Below, piece by piece: positions 20,733 through 30,492 of a stretch of DNA of 64,000 nt (the first letter of the stretch is position 1; the number at the start of each line of letters is the position of its first letter). This DNA is from Acidobacteriota bacterium. GTDB lineage: Bacteria; Acidobacteriota; UBA890; WLXD01. The stretch covers positions 320,001 to 384,000 of the forward strand of contig CBDBHB010000008.1 in NCBI GenBank assembly GCA_965205505.1. The letters run 5' to 3'. The notes below the pieces were generated by a model, which saw nothing but the letters and a program-made list of their open reading frames with translations, did not search any database and was not told the DNA's origin. A program made the position numbers and the translations under genes.

Positions 20733-20898
20733 ATCCCATCCTTGGTTGGTGCAGGAATCAGTTCACCCCGTTACATTGTCCACTGTTTACTTTGTGTTGT
20801 TTCAAAGTGTGGCCCGCTAACCCGTGGCCACGATCATCTACCTCAGCAGCCCTGTGCGATGCCTTGCGCTTGAAATCCTTCGGTTCGAAACTGCATAG

Positions 20899-21356
20899 GT
20901 GAGCAGCCACCGAGAACCCATCGCAGCGCCTCCAATGATTTTCCTCGCGTCGACGATAGCTGGGGGCGTCGCGGAATTCTTCTATCGAACCTCGGCCATC
21001 CCCGGCTCAATCCGGTACTTTGCCGGCAGCGTGCTCATTGCTGGCGGTGTCTTGTTGATCCGCGGGTCCATGGGCGAGATCACGAAAGCTGGTACCACCT
21101 ACGTGCCCTGGGCACGCCCACGAAGTTGGTGACCTCCGGACCGTATCGGGTCTCGCGTAATCCCGGTTATCTGGGGCTCGTCCTGATCCAGTTCGGTCTT
21201 GCCGCCTTGTCCAACAGCTTGTGGCTTGTCGCCGCTACTGTGCCAGCCGTGCTCCTCACCCACTTCGGCGTGATCCTCCGCGAGGAGGAGAAGCTCGGGC
21301 GAGAGCTCGGGGAGGCATACCAGCGCTATAGATCGTCCGTCCGACGGTGGATCTGA
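20899..21356 (+). CDS. Isoprenylcysteine carboxylmethyltransferase family protein, frameshifted
   Basis: LVTSGPYRVSRNPGYLG, REEEKL and Y..YRSSVRRWI motifs; split across ORFs 20899 and 21126. Confidence 0.8.
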
Positions 21357-21484
21357 GCCTCTCCGCAGAGAATCCCTGTGTCCCGCGTGCGGAAGTGACC
21401 GAGCCAGTCGGTGAAGGTTAGCTCAGGATGCGGACGCGGCAACGGCTGGGTCAGCGGCGACATGACGACCGCCGCACGAGAGGA

Positions 21485-21799
21485 CTAGACATCTTCGACC
21501 AGAACCAGGCGCACGACTGGCGTCACGGAACGCGCCTTGTGAGCGCTCGATGGACCAGCCGGAATGAAGATGCCTGAGCCTTCTGGATACGAAACCACCC
21601 GGTCTCGAAAGTCCACCTCGAGTTCACCGGCCAGCACCAAGCCCACATGGCCCTTCTCACACCAGTCCGGCTCTCTGAACTCCGAAGTGAACTCGACTAG
21701 ACGAATTTGTTTTGATCCTTCGTGATGCGATTTGGAGCGCGCACCCGGCAACGGCGAGTGCCACTCGATAGAGTCGAAGTCAACTTTGAATAGAGGCAT
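21485..21799 (-). CDS. Small cupin-fold protein
   Basis: DWCEKGHVGLVLAGEL...HKA cupin-like pattern. Confidence 0.7.
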   Translation of the reverse strand: MPLFKVDFDSIEWHSPLPGARSKSHHEGSKQIRLVEFTSEFREPDWCEKGHVGLVLAGELEVDFRDRVVSYPEGSGIFIPAGPSSAHKARSVTPVVRLVLVEDV

Positions 21800-21931
21800 G
21801 ACTCATTGCTCCAATGGCTGAGAAAAGAGTCGTGGTAACCGACCCGGGTGGATCAAAGAATGGTGTTGCTTTACGAGCCGTAGAGCCGGTCTTCGTGAAC
21901 GCTCGCCGACGGCGGCACGACGACACCTTCC

Positions 21932-22020
21932 GTGGACCCTTGCACCCTTCGACGATAGGCTTCACGCGCTCACTCACCTCCCTCTTTGGTAGCACCATGG
22001 AACCCCGCACCAAACTAGGC
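21932..22020 (+). repeat. Kinase-promoter/5' repeat copy D (8 codons, MEPRTKLG)
   Basis: gacgataggcttcacgcgctcac...ggtagcaccATGgaaccccgcaccaaactaggc. Confidence 0.8.
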
Positions 22021-22069
22021 CGGCTCTCCAAGAACCGCGTCGCCCAAACAACGTGAATCGGGAGATGCA

Positions 22070-23125
22070 ATGAGCCGACGCCGTTGGTGGGTCGGATCTG
22101 CGGTCGTCGCGGTGCTGGCGATGGCAGTGGCGGCGGTCGCAGCGGGAGGACCCGCCGCGCTGGCGTCGCGCCTCATCGACCTGCCGGTGCTGATCCGTGG
22201 CCGGCTGGTGGCGGCGCCCAGCGGCGAGGAGCTCGCCGTACCCGTCGCCGTCGAGCAGCACGCCGAGGAGCTCGTCGGAGGCATCGACGGCTTTATCGTC
22301 TGGTCGAGCAACCGCGACGGTAATCACGAGCTGTACCGCATGGATCTTTCGGGGCGACAGATCCGCCGGCTCACCGAGCATCCCCACGTCGATTACTACG
22401 GCCGCATATCGCCCGACGGCAGGCGCATCGTCTTCATGCGTAGCCGTCCCCGCCGCTTGTCCGTGCGGGAGGCGGGCGGCTGGGAGATCTGGATCATGGA
22501 TGCCGGGGGAGGCGGCGCGCGACGTATCGCAGAGGAGGGCTACCGACCGGGTTGGAGCGCCGATGGCGGTGCCGTGCACTACATGCGCGACCGCTCCGGG
22601 TATCGGGTCGATATGGAGACGGGGGCGACGAAGAAGCTGTTCGACTTTCCCGACGCACTGCCGGAGATCCGCTACGGCGGCGTCTATATCAGCCCGGACG
22701 CCAGCCGCATCACGGCCGCGTTTCCTGGCGGCGGGACTCGTATCTTCGAACTTCCTGGGTTTCAGGAGCACGTTCTCGACGATCACCAGTCGTGCCAGGG
22801 TCTGTGGGCTCCGGGCCTGGGCGGCGTGGTGTGGATCCAGTCCAGCGGGGCGGGGGGTAACCGGGTGATGCGGGCCGCCCCCGACGGTTCTGATCAACAA
22901 GTGCTCATCGACCTGCGCGGTAGCCATGCTCACGAATACTTCCCCAGCGTCGGTCCCGACGGACGGTGGCTTGCCTGGGGCGCCACCGCCGCCGGGCACG
23001 AGCACGACCGGGCCGACTACGAGATCTTCCTGTGGGAGATCGGCACCGAGGCAGAGACCACGCTGCGCCTGACCTACCACACCGGTAACGACATGTGGCC
23101 CGACGTGTGGGTTCGCACGGACTGA
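22070..23125 (+). CDS. TolB-like (PD40) beta-propeller protein
   Basis: SSNRDGNHELY, ISPDG and WSADG repeats; N-terminal hydrophobic segment. Confidence 0.8.
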   Translation: MSRRRWWVGSAVVAVLAMAVAAVAAGGPAALASRLIDLPVLIRGRLVAAPSGEELAVPVAVEQHAEELVGGIDGFIVWSSNRDGNHELYRMDLSGRQIRRLTEHPHVDYYGRISPDGRRIVFMRSRPRRLSVREAGGWEIWIMDAGGGGARRIAEEGYRPGWSADGGAVHYMRDRSGYRVDMETGATKKLFDFPDALPEIRYGGVYISPDASRITAAFPGGGTRIFELPGFQEHVLDDHQSCQGLWAPGLGGVVWIQSSGAGGNRVMRAAPDGSDQQVLIDLRGSHAHEYFPSVGPDGRWLAWGATAAGHEHDRADYEIFLWEIGTEAETTLRLTYHTGNDMWPDVWVRTD

Positions 23126-23225
23126 CGGTCTCCGGACGGCCGAATACTCAACGCCTCACGCACCGACCTAACGCCGATGGTGCCCGCCTACGAGTCACGC
23201 CGGGAATTCGCAGATAGGTCGTGTC

Positions 23226-23255
23226 GGCACTGTCAAGTTAAAAACTTGACAGTAC
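23226..23255. mobile_element. Back-to-back IS6-like inverted-repeat footprint
   Basis: GGCACTGTCAAGTT-AAA-AACTTGACAGTAC; a further GGCACTGTCAAGTT at 24487-24500. Confidence 0.5.
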
Positions 23256-23406
23256 ACTGGAGCGCGCTGTGGAGAGAAACGACCACCCAGCGCCAGTGCG
23301 ACAGATCGGCTGCCACGCGGCCTGCGAAATCCGCAGTGGTCTCCAAGCAGAGCACCGCTTCGTGGGTCTCATCGGTTCTGAGGTACCGAGCCATCGCGCG
23401 GGGATG

Positions 23407-24263
23407 CTATCGGTTAGCCAGATGGTCGTACACTTCGTCTGGCGGGACGCCCCTGCCCAACGCGTTCTGGATGCCTGAAAGGAGATCGCTAAGCCCCTGG
23501 TGCCCTGACAGAACCAGACGCTTGGAGTCCTCGAAGGCTCGCACAAACTCCTCCGGCGAGGCCCTGCTATCTCGCATGGTCACGTAGACCAAGTCCAGAA
23601 GGCGATCTAAGCTCGCTGAGCGCCCTGGCTCCTCGACGCTGTAGACATCGGCGACGAAGCTGGCGACCTCAAGATGTCCGACCTTAGTGATCGTCGACAA
23701 CGTCGCGACCCCTCGCAGAGCCGATTCCATCATTTCGAGCTTCACGTTCCGGAAGGCCAAGCGCCGGAGGACCTCAGCCACCTCTACCGGACCTAAGGCT
23801 CCCCGGCCATCCACACGACCGATGCGTCGAAGTTCGGTCTCGATCCGCTTCGTGTTTTAGAGTTCCGCGACACCGATGAGGCAGCATGCAGATACAGATC
23901 CTCGACAGTCGCTGCGATCCGGATGCTGGCGATGAGCAGGACCGCCAGTGAAAAAACGGTCCACGCTCCAGCAAAGATGACGAAGCGCCCAGCCGTCCAC
24001 TCCACGGAGAAGACTGTGAGTAGACCGGCCACCAGTGCGAGCGCTGCTTCTCCATAGTTACTGGTAGAGGCATAGACGACGATCGAGGTCCCGAGCACGA
24101 GAAGTACGGCGATCACCATCATCGCATTGGACGAAGTCGCGGCAACCGCAATAGCAACAGTGGCGAGTAGGAGAGCAACTACCACGATGAACGGCACGAT
24201 CCGGTTCGCGGCTTGCAGTGCTCCTCGAAGGGACCGGAGAACGCTGGATGTGGTTTCCAGCAA
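23407..24263 (-). CDS. Hypothetical membrane protein, frameshifted
   Basis: ORFs 23793..24263 (about four TM helices) and 23407..23814 overlap and appear to join. Confidence 0.5.
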
Positions 24264-24521
24264 CTGTCCTTCTTCAGTCAGAGGTCACCTCCCCTCGGCT
24301 TGGCGGCCTGACGATCTCGCCAGGGGCAGCGTCTGCAGCTTAGGCAATCTGGCCAGGCAGCGCCAAGGCACTCGGTGGAAGGAAACTGACAGCCGCGCAT
24401 GTTGCCCGGTACCGCCGCCGGCAATGCCGACTCGGCTGCGATATGCCCCTCCTGGCTCCGTAGCGCGTTTTCCGAAGGCTGCGCGCGGCACTGTCAAGTT
24501 CGACGGGGGCCGACGGATCCG

Positions 24522-24822
24522 TAGCGCCGTCAGCCGAGTCTCGCGAGCCATCCCTGCCCCTTCCGTTGGATCTCGCCGACTCTGACGATACGCTTCAGCC
24601 GCTCACTCCCACCCCTCTAGTAGCGCCATGGAAGCCGGCACCAAACTGGGCCATTACGAGATTACCGTGCAGCTCGGTGCTGGCGGCATGGGCGAGGTCT
24701 ATCTCGCCCAGGACACTCGCCTGGGCCGCAAGGTGGCCATCAAGGTGCTGCCCGCCGAGTTCGCCTCCGACCCCGAACGCCTCGCCCGCTTCGAGCAGGA
24801 GGCTCGAGCTGCCGCCGCCCAC
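24522..24822 (+). pseudogene. Kinase repeat copy E: promoter plus truncated Ser/Thr kinase N-lobe (ATG 24628)
   Basis: [30 protein letters not shown], then homology stops. Confidence 0.9.
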
Positions 24823-24865
24823 CACTTCTCGTTGACCCGCGTACGTACTCCCGCACCGCGACGGC

Positions 24866-25576
24866 TCAGGATCGCTTGGACGCGGGCTTGGCGGCCTCGG
24901 CGCGATATGTGCCGCTAGTAGCGCCGTTGTCCGTACCCTCCTCTTCTCCCGTTTCGATGCACATGAATGTGCCCGAGAGCCTCGCTGAGCGGACGACGTA
25001 GCTGGAGCCTCCTTCCTTGACCGACCCTCCTCCACCAGCGTTGAACTCGCAGTTCTCAGCCCCCGAGGAGTACGTTCCCTGCAGGTAGATCGAGAAATGA
25101 CTCTGCGTCGCGGTAGCTCTGACGCTGGCCTCTATGGTTGTCAGGCTCCTGGCCCCCGACACGATGCAAGGTACCGGAGCTCCAGTCTTATTGAACGGTA
25201 TCCGGACCGTCGCACGACAGACCAAACGGGTATCGCCCCCGGAGAGGTTGACGTCGATGTTCCATGTGAAGACGGTGGTCTCGTCGGGCAAGGCAGGCAG
25301 CGCGACGTCCACGGCCAATGTGTCCGTGCCCACGGGCACGCTGACGATCTTGAGCACCGGTGGTCGCCCAGGTACGTTGATCGACAGCCCATAATCGCCC
25401 GGCAACAAGAAGAACTTGCCGCCCGCTGGTTGGGTAAAGACGAAGAACCCGAAAAAGGGGTCGGTGTTGTAGGCCGTAATCGTTCCTTCTGTCACAGGCT
25501 CCCCGGACGCCGTCCTCAGGTCGACCTCTACGGCGCGAAAGCCCTCCTCCGGTTTGAACCACTCCTCCGAGCACAC
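24866..25576 (-). pseudogene. Probable C-terminal fragment of a secreted protein with a carboxypeptidase-regulatory-like domain
   Basis: GEPVTEGTIT..LLPGDYGLSI pattern; no signal peptide or clear start. Confidence 0.4.
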
Positions 25577-25677
25577 CCATACTTATGTAGGGGCCGTTGG
25601 GAAATCCGGCGCATGGGTCGGGTTTACCTCGTACAGAGTCCCGAACGCGAAGGGGTGCTCGGCGTAGGAGGTCGTTC

Positions 25678-26337
25678 TCACCGCTCACGAAGAGGCCCGG
25701 GGCAACGGAAGCTGCTGCATCCCCCAACTCCTCGAAGTCTCCCGTGAAGAACGACGAGGATGGCCCGGCCCCCGAGTTCGGGCTCGTAATCGCTGCCCAC
25801 GTCAAGGAAGCGTCTGCCTGCCTGATCCTCATAGATCGATACGGCAATCACCTCCACGGGCAAGCCATTCTCGATCAGGAACTCCATCGCCGATTCCGTG
25901 CGTCCATCGAAGTCCCGCGCCACCAGGACAAGGCGGGGAGTCTTGCTCAGCGTCAATGGAGTCGCGGACTCAGTGAATTCCTGCCAGTCCGTGAAGAACG
26001 CTGCCGGACCACCCTGATACAGGCCCGACAACTCGTCGAGACTCGTGGTCCGTGCCCAGCCGGCGTACTCCAGACATTGGGCGAGTTGCCGTCGATCGAG
26101 ATCCCGCTTGACCTCGATCACGACTACGTCTGCCTTCTGGTCGAGCGCAACGACGTCCGGGCGACCGCCGTTCGTAAGACTGGCCTGTCGAGCCACCGGA
26201 AACAGCGTGTCGCCAGTGAACTCATCGAGGTTCGCCCAGAGAAGATCCTCGATCAGGCTCTCGTAGAGTTCACGCCCGCCGCGAAGCTGCCGGAACGGCA
26301 CGAGCTCCTTGTTATCGTCGATCTCAAACAGCGGCAT
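25678..26337 (-). CDS. NucS/EndoMS-like PD-(D/E)XK nuclease-domain protein, possibly C-terminally truncated
   Basis: GRPDVVALD..VVIEVKR..AQCLEYAGW motif. Confidence 0.7.
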   Translation of the reverse strand: MPLFEIDDNKELVPFRQLRGGRELYESLIEDLLWANLDEFTGDTLFPVARQASLTNGGRPDVVALDQKADVVVIEVKRDLDRRQLAQCLEYAGWARTTSLDELSGLYQGGPAAFFTDWQEFTESATPLTLSKTPRLVLVARDFDGRTESAMEFLIENGLPVEVIAVSIYEDQAGRRFLDVGSDYEPELGGRAILVVLHGRLRGVGGCSSFRCPGPLRER

Positions 26338-27011
26338 GGCGAACCTGTTGTCGGAGTGGCATCGGGCGCACGATGACCCGTACCGAGGGTTTCCAGAGGC
26401 CATCTTAGTTGACCCGGGCGGGGTGCACGGCCTTGTCTACGCGGCGAACGTCTGGAGGGACGAGCTGAGCGGCCGTCTGGGCCCCGTGTGCGGCGGCAGC
26501 ATACATCGGATCGCCACTAACCCAAGCAAGGCAAAGAGCCCGCACGCGCAGACGTGCAAGACCTCTCTTGGTGTGTGCTACCGAGAGGCTCGTGTGTCCC
26601 AAGCCGTCGTCATGCCTGTGTCCCGGCGTCCATGCTTCTTTCTTGTGGGTGAGCCGAATTGCGGCAAGAGCCGCTCGTGGCCTCTCGGCTCCTGGAGGAC
26701 TGCAGAGGCTCTGGCAGCGGTGTGTCATCGGCAAACTCTTCCCCGAATACAGCGATCCCAGGAGACGTTCGGAGTCGTCACCCTAGATGGATGTCGAAAA
26801 CTGCGCTTCTCCTCGCCCTCGTCGTGCGCATTGTCGAGTAGCGTCGCCTCGATCAGCTGCGGCGCCTCGGCCGTATGCCGCCGGTGGCCCATCCTATCCA
26901 AGACCGGCAGGAACATCATGATCGCCGTGCCGAGCAAGGCGGCGGCGGGGTTAAGGTGTTGAGGGAAGAAGGGTCAGGTATAGGAACGACGAAATAGGGT
27001 TTGGACTCCAG

Positions 27012-27774
27012 ATGATCGACCCGGACGACATTCCCAGGACGGCCATCGAACAGGTCGTCATGATGGAAGGCATCCTAATAGCGGCTGCCACAGGCGGTTC
27101 ACCGACAACCACATCTACGCTCACCTGCGCCGGCAATTCATGGCCGATCCCGTGATCCGCGACCTGCTTCCCTAGTTCGTTCGCACCTATCGCAACCTCA
27201 GCGCCTTCTGGCCCTACATTAAGCATAAGGCAGGCACCTACGCGGAGCGGCGGCAGATCATCAGCGAGGCTTTCACGCCCCTGATGGATCACCTTGAGGG
27301 CCGGAACAGCACGCCCGGTGACCAGGTTGCATCCGACGCCCTGAAAAGGTTCGACGCGGACCGAGTTCATGCCGTGTGGCAGAAGGCGCTGGCCCGACGC
27401 ACTACCGATCCTGAAGGCGCAATAACTATCGCTCGGACGCTGCTTGAGACGGTGACGAAGCGCATCCCTCGACGAGATGGGTGAGACCTACTCAGACAAA
27501 GACGATCTGCCGAAGCTCTATTCGAATGCCGCGAGGGCGCTCAATCTCGCCCGTCAGCACACGGGGGAGCCGATCAAGGCGATCCTCGGCAGCGCCATGA
27601 CTCTGGTGAACGGCATCGGTTACATTGCGTAACCGTCTGTCCGACTCCCACGGGCGGGGCGTCAAACTTCCGGTGAAGCCGTCACCACGCCATGCCAGCC
27701 TCGCTGTCAATATGGCGGGGACGATTGCGTCCTTTCTCGTCGAGACCTACCTTGAAGGGCATTCGCGATCATAG
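27012..27774 (+). pseudogene. Abortive infection (Abi_C-domain) family protein with an internal stop and frameshifts
   Basis: Reconstructed DPEGAITIARTLLETV..DDLPKLY..LRNRLSDSHG..PSPRHASLAVN; in-frame TAG near 27173. Confidence 0.75.
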
Positions 27775-28139
27775 CTCGACCGTGCGCATGCGCTTGGTCA
27801 AGTCGATGCTATTGGACACGTCGTCCCGCAGCAGGAACCTGTGGCTGCTGGTGTGGGCGATGTGGATGGAGCTGTCACGAGCGACGGCAGCGCCTATGCC
27901 GCTACGTGGTGCCACGATGCCGCTGCTAATCGAGAAGTTCGCGGAGGCGTTGACCGCCCGCTAGGGGGGCCGAGAACCCCGCTTCCGTCCGACCGTCGCT
28001 CAGACGCCGTCAAGCAAGCTAGCCACCTCGGGAACTGTCGCGGATAGTGATTACGAATCAGTTCCGACACGGCAGCGCCGCCGCAGATCCCCTGAACCCC
28101 CGCTGAAGCGCGCACGCCACCACTCCTTGCCAACGCAGC

Positions 28140-28193
28140 GTCTCGACATCCGTGCACGGAATGCACGGGCAACGACGTGGCCACTGGTCTGGC
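28140..28193. repeat. Cassette left-end repeat X, copy 1
   Basis: Aligns with 30298-30353; shares exact ggcaacgacgtggccac and cgtgcacggaa. Confidence 0.75.
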
Positions 28194-28457
28194 GTTGGAG
28201 GTGGCCGGTGACTCCACTCGGTTCGTGAACCTGGCGCAATACCGCGCATCGAGCCCTCGACAGGTACTTCCTCGCGCCGCGGGCCCGTCCGCGTCTACGG
28301 TGACAGGGTTCCTTCTCCGATCCCCCCGGCCCACGGGCTAGAAGCCTGGTTCATCTGCAGAGGCTCCGCCGGACCGGCAAGATGCACTATGTGACGACGG
28401 GCTAAGCACCACAGCGATGTAGCGTAGCGTCGGTTCCCGCACTATAGCTCTGCAACC

Positions 28458-29957
28458 ATGACGAGAATCGGGATTTGCCTGGTCGTCGTATCACTAGCGC
28501 TCGTGTCGCCATCGGGCAACGCCGCTGGGCAGCACGATGCCAGACACCGCCTGATCGGATCCGGCGAGCTGATCGTGCCGGCCGGTCGGGGACGATGGCA
28601 GGGTTACACGTCGGAGCTGTCGCCCGAACAGCGTGCCACGCTTGGCTCCGACATCACCGTGGCCGAGTACGCGAGGGTCCACGCTGCGCTCGACGCGTAC
28701 GAGCGCACCTACGGGTTGCCGCCGGCAACCAAAACTGACATCTCGACCCGCTACCCCTTTTACCCGCAGGCCGGGGTGCACGAAGGCGACCTGTTCTTTT
28801 CTGGCTTCGTCGACCTGGACCCGACTCAAGGAGATGCCGCCATCTTGGATTGGAATTGCACCGACTACACCTATGATGGGCACCAGGGACACGACTCTGA
28901 CGTGCGGAGCTTCGCGTTCCAGGACATCGGGGTGCCGATCTACGCCGCGCTGGACGGACGCGTGGTCGCTGCTCAGGACGGTAATCCCGACCGCTCGACG
29001 ACGCTGACGTACAAGCCCGCCAACTACGTCATCATCAGCCACGGAGGCGGTCAGCTGTCGCTGTACTGGCACATGCGCAAAGGCAGCGTCGCGGTCAAGA
29101 TGGGCGATGACGTCGTGGCCGGGCAGAGCATCGGCATGACGGCCTCGAGCGGCTACAGTACCGGACCGCACCTGCACTTCGAGACCTGGGTGAAGCGGTT
29201 TGTCATCGAGCCGTTCGCAGGCCGCTGCAACCCGGGCGCCAGCGGCTTCGTCAAGCAGCTCAAGTTCAAGCGCAACACCTACCTGTTCGACGCCGGGATC
29301 ACCCACGAAGAGCTCCGTACGCTAACCGATGACGAGCTGCCGCCCGAGCAACTGCCCTCGTCGGGCCAGTTTCAGACCGACGATGAGTGGCTCTACATCT
29401 GGTTCCTGCTGCAGAACCTACCGGCTAACAGCATCCAGCGGGTGGTGTTCCGGCGGCCCAACAACTCCGTCGCGTTCGACACTGGCGCGCGTGAGCTCGG
29501 CAACATCGATTCTCTCCACTACAGCTGGTGGAGGCAGCGCTGGATCGTCAACGGCATGCGCGTCTTCACCGGCACCTGGAAACTCGAGCTGCACGTCAAC
29601 GGCAAGAAGCTCGCCACGATGCCCTACGAGGTCATGACCAAGCGGGATCCCGAACTGAACCGGGCGCCGGTGGCGCTCAAGAGGGTCAGGTTTCGCAACA
29701 AGCCGAAGGCCCGCAGAGTGCCGTTGTGCGAGATCAAGCACCCGCTGGTGACCGACGACCCGGACTACGACGTCGTCTCGTACCGGTACGTATGGAAGGT
29801 CGACGGCAGGGTTGTGCGGGACGTCACCATCGCAGCGCACTCCGACGCCCTCGCCACCGACCTGTTCGCCAAGGGCGACCGCCTGGAGTGTACCGTGACG
29901 CCGACGGACGGCGATCTGCAGTCGCCCAGCAAGTCGGTTCGCTCCAAGGTGAGGTAG
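28458..29957 (+). CDS. M23 family metallopeptidase, secreted, with C-terminal beta domains
   Basis: YDGHQGHD, LYWHM and STGPHLHFE motifs; signal peptide. Confidence 0.85.
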   Translation: MTRIGICLVVVSLALVSPSGNAAGQHDARHRLIGSGELIVPAGRGRWQGYTSELSPEQRATLGSDITVAEYARVHAALDAYERTYGLPPATKTDISTRYPFYPQAGVHEGDLFFSGFVDLDPTQGDAAILDWNCTDYTYDGHQGHDSDVRSFAFQDIGVPIYAALDGRVVAAQDGNPDRSTTLTYKPANYVIISHGGGQLSLYWHMRKGSVAVKMGDDVVAGQSIGMTASSGYSTGPHLHFETWVKRFVIEPFAGRCNPGASGFVKQLKFKRNTYLFDAGITHEELRTLTDDELPPEQLPSSGQFQTDDEWLYIWFLLQNLPANSIQRVVFRRPNNSVAFDTGARELGNIDSLHYSWWRQRWIVNGMRVFTGTWKLELHVNGKKLATMPYEVMTKRDPELNRAPVALKRVRFRNKPKARRVPLCEIKHPLVTDDPDYDVVSYRYVWKVDGRVVRDVTIAAHSDALATDLFAKGDRLECTVTPTDGDLQSPSKSVRSKVR

Positions 29958-30099
29958 GCGAACGCGCGAAGGAACGCGTCCTGGAGCGAAAGCCTGGGAG
30001 CACCCCGGCCAGAAAGAAGGCTGGAACCGTCGACGGAAGAGGATTACCTCGGAGAATCGCACCAGGCTCAGCCCTGTTGACACCGGACCAGCGACGAAA

Positions 30100-30118
30100 T
30101 GTTAGATGGATGTTAGAT
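30100..30118. promoter_or_regulatory. Putative integrase arm-type direct repeat
   Basis: tgttagatggatgttagat; 17/19 identical to 34547-34565, with 11-bp periodicity. Confidence 0.55.
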
Positions 30119-30204
30119 CGCTGAACGTTCAGCTTGGAACGTGAGTGTCGAGATCCGGCCTTTTGTCGGTTGGATCTCCCTTGTACAGAGCAGCTTACAA
30201 GTAG

Positions 30205-30263
30205 TGCCCAAGGAGGGACTTGAACCCCCACGGGCCGAAGCCCGCTAGGTCCTGAACCTAGTG
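30205..30263 (-). pseudogene. 3' fragment of tRNA-Leu(CAG), att-like
   Basis: Reverse complement gives anticodon arm ctagg-ttCAGga-cctag, a variable arm, T-loop gttcaagtc and acceptor 3' strand; the 5' acceptor strand and D-arm are missing. Confidence 0.85.
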
Positions 30264-30297
30264 AGAGGGCGCGGGCGCGGGCGGTTCCCTGCTCGGT

Positions 30298-30353
30298 GTC
30301 TCGACGACTGCGTGCACGGAACACACAGGCAACGACGTGGCCACCGGTCCGGC
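30298..30353. repeat. Cassette left-end repeat X, copy 2
   Basis: Aligns with 28140-28193. Confidence 0.75.
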
Positions 30354-30492
30354 ACCTAGAGCAAGGCTTTAGCTGCGCGAGCCGATGGCCGGACGGGATA
30401 AGCTCGAAACCTTGGGCAAGGTGTCACGGGCTCGCGCGGCGACACCTCAAGGTCCCAGTGGACTCCGAGCACACGGTACACGCGGAGGTAAC

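Noticed and set aside
20230-24400. Possible integron cassette array (small genes; attC-like words near 20815, 21450 and 24305)
   Set aside because: No complete RYYYAAC...GTTRRRY pair with matching inner boxes, gene orientation is mixed, and no IntI is present
7219-24822. Diversity-generating retroelement explanation for the kinase repeats
   Set aside because: No reverse transcriptase in the window, differences are not adenine-specific, and the repeats are at 5' rather than 3' gene ends
26784-26794. tagatggatgt, a partial match to the arm-like motif
   Set aside because: Only 11 bp, with no adjacent tRNA piece or hairpin; could be chance
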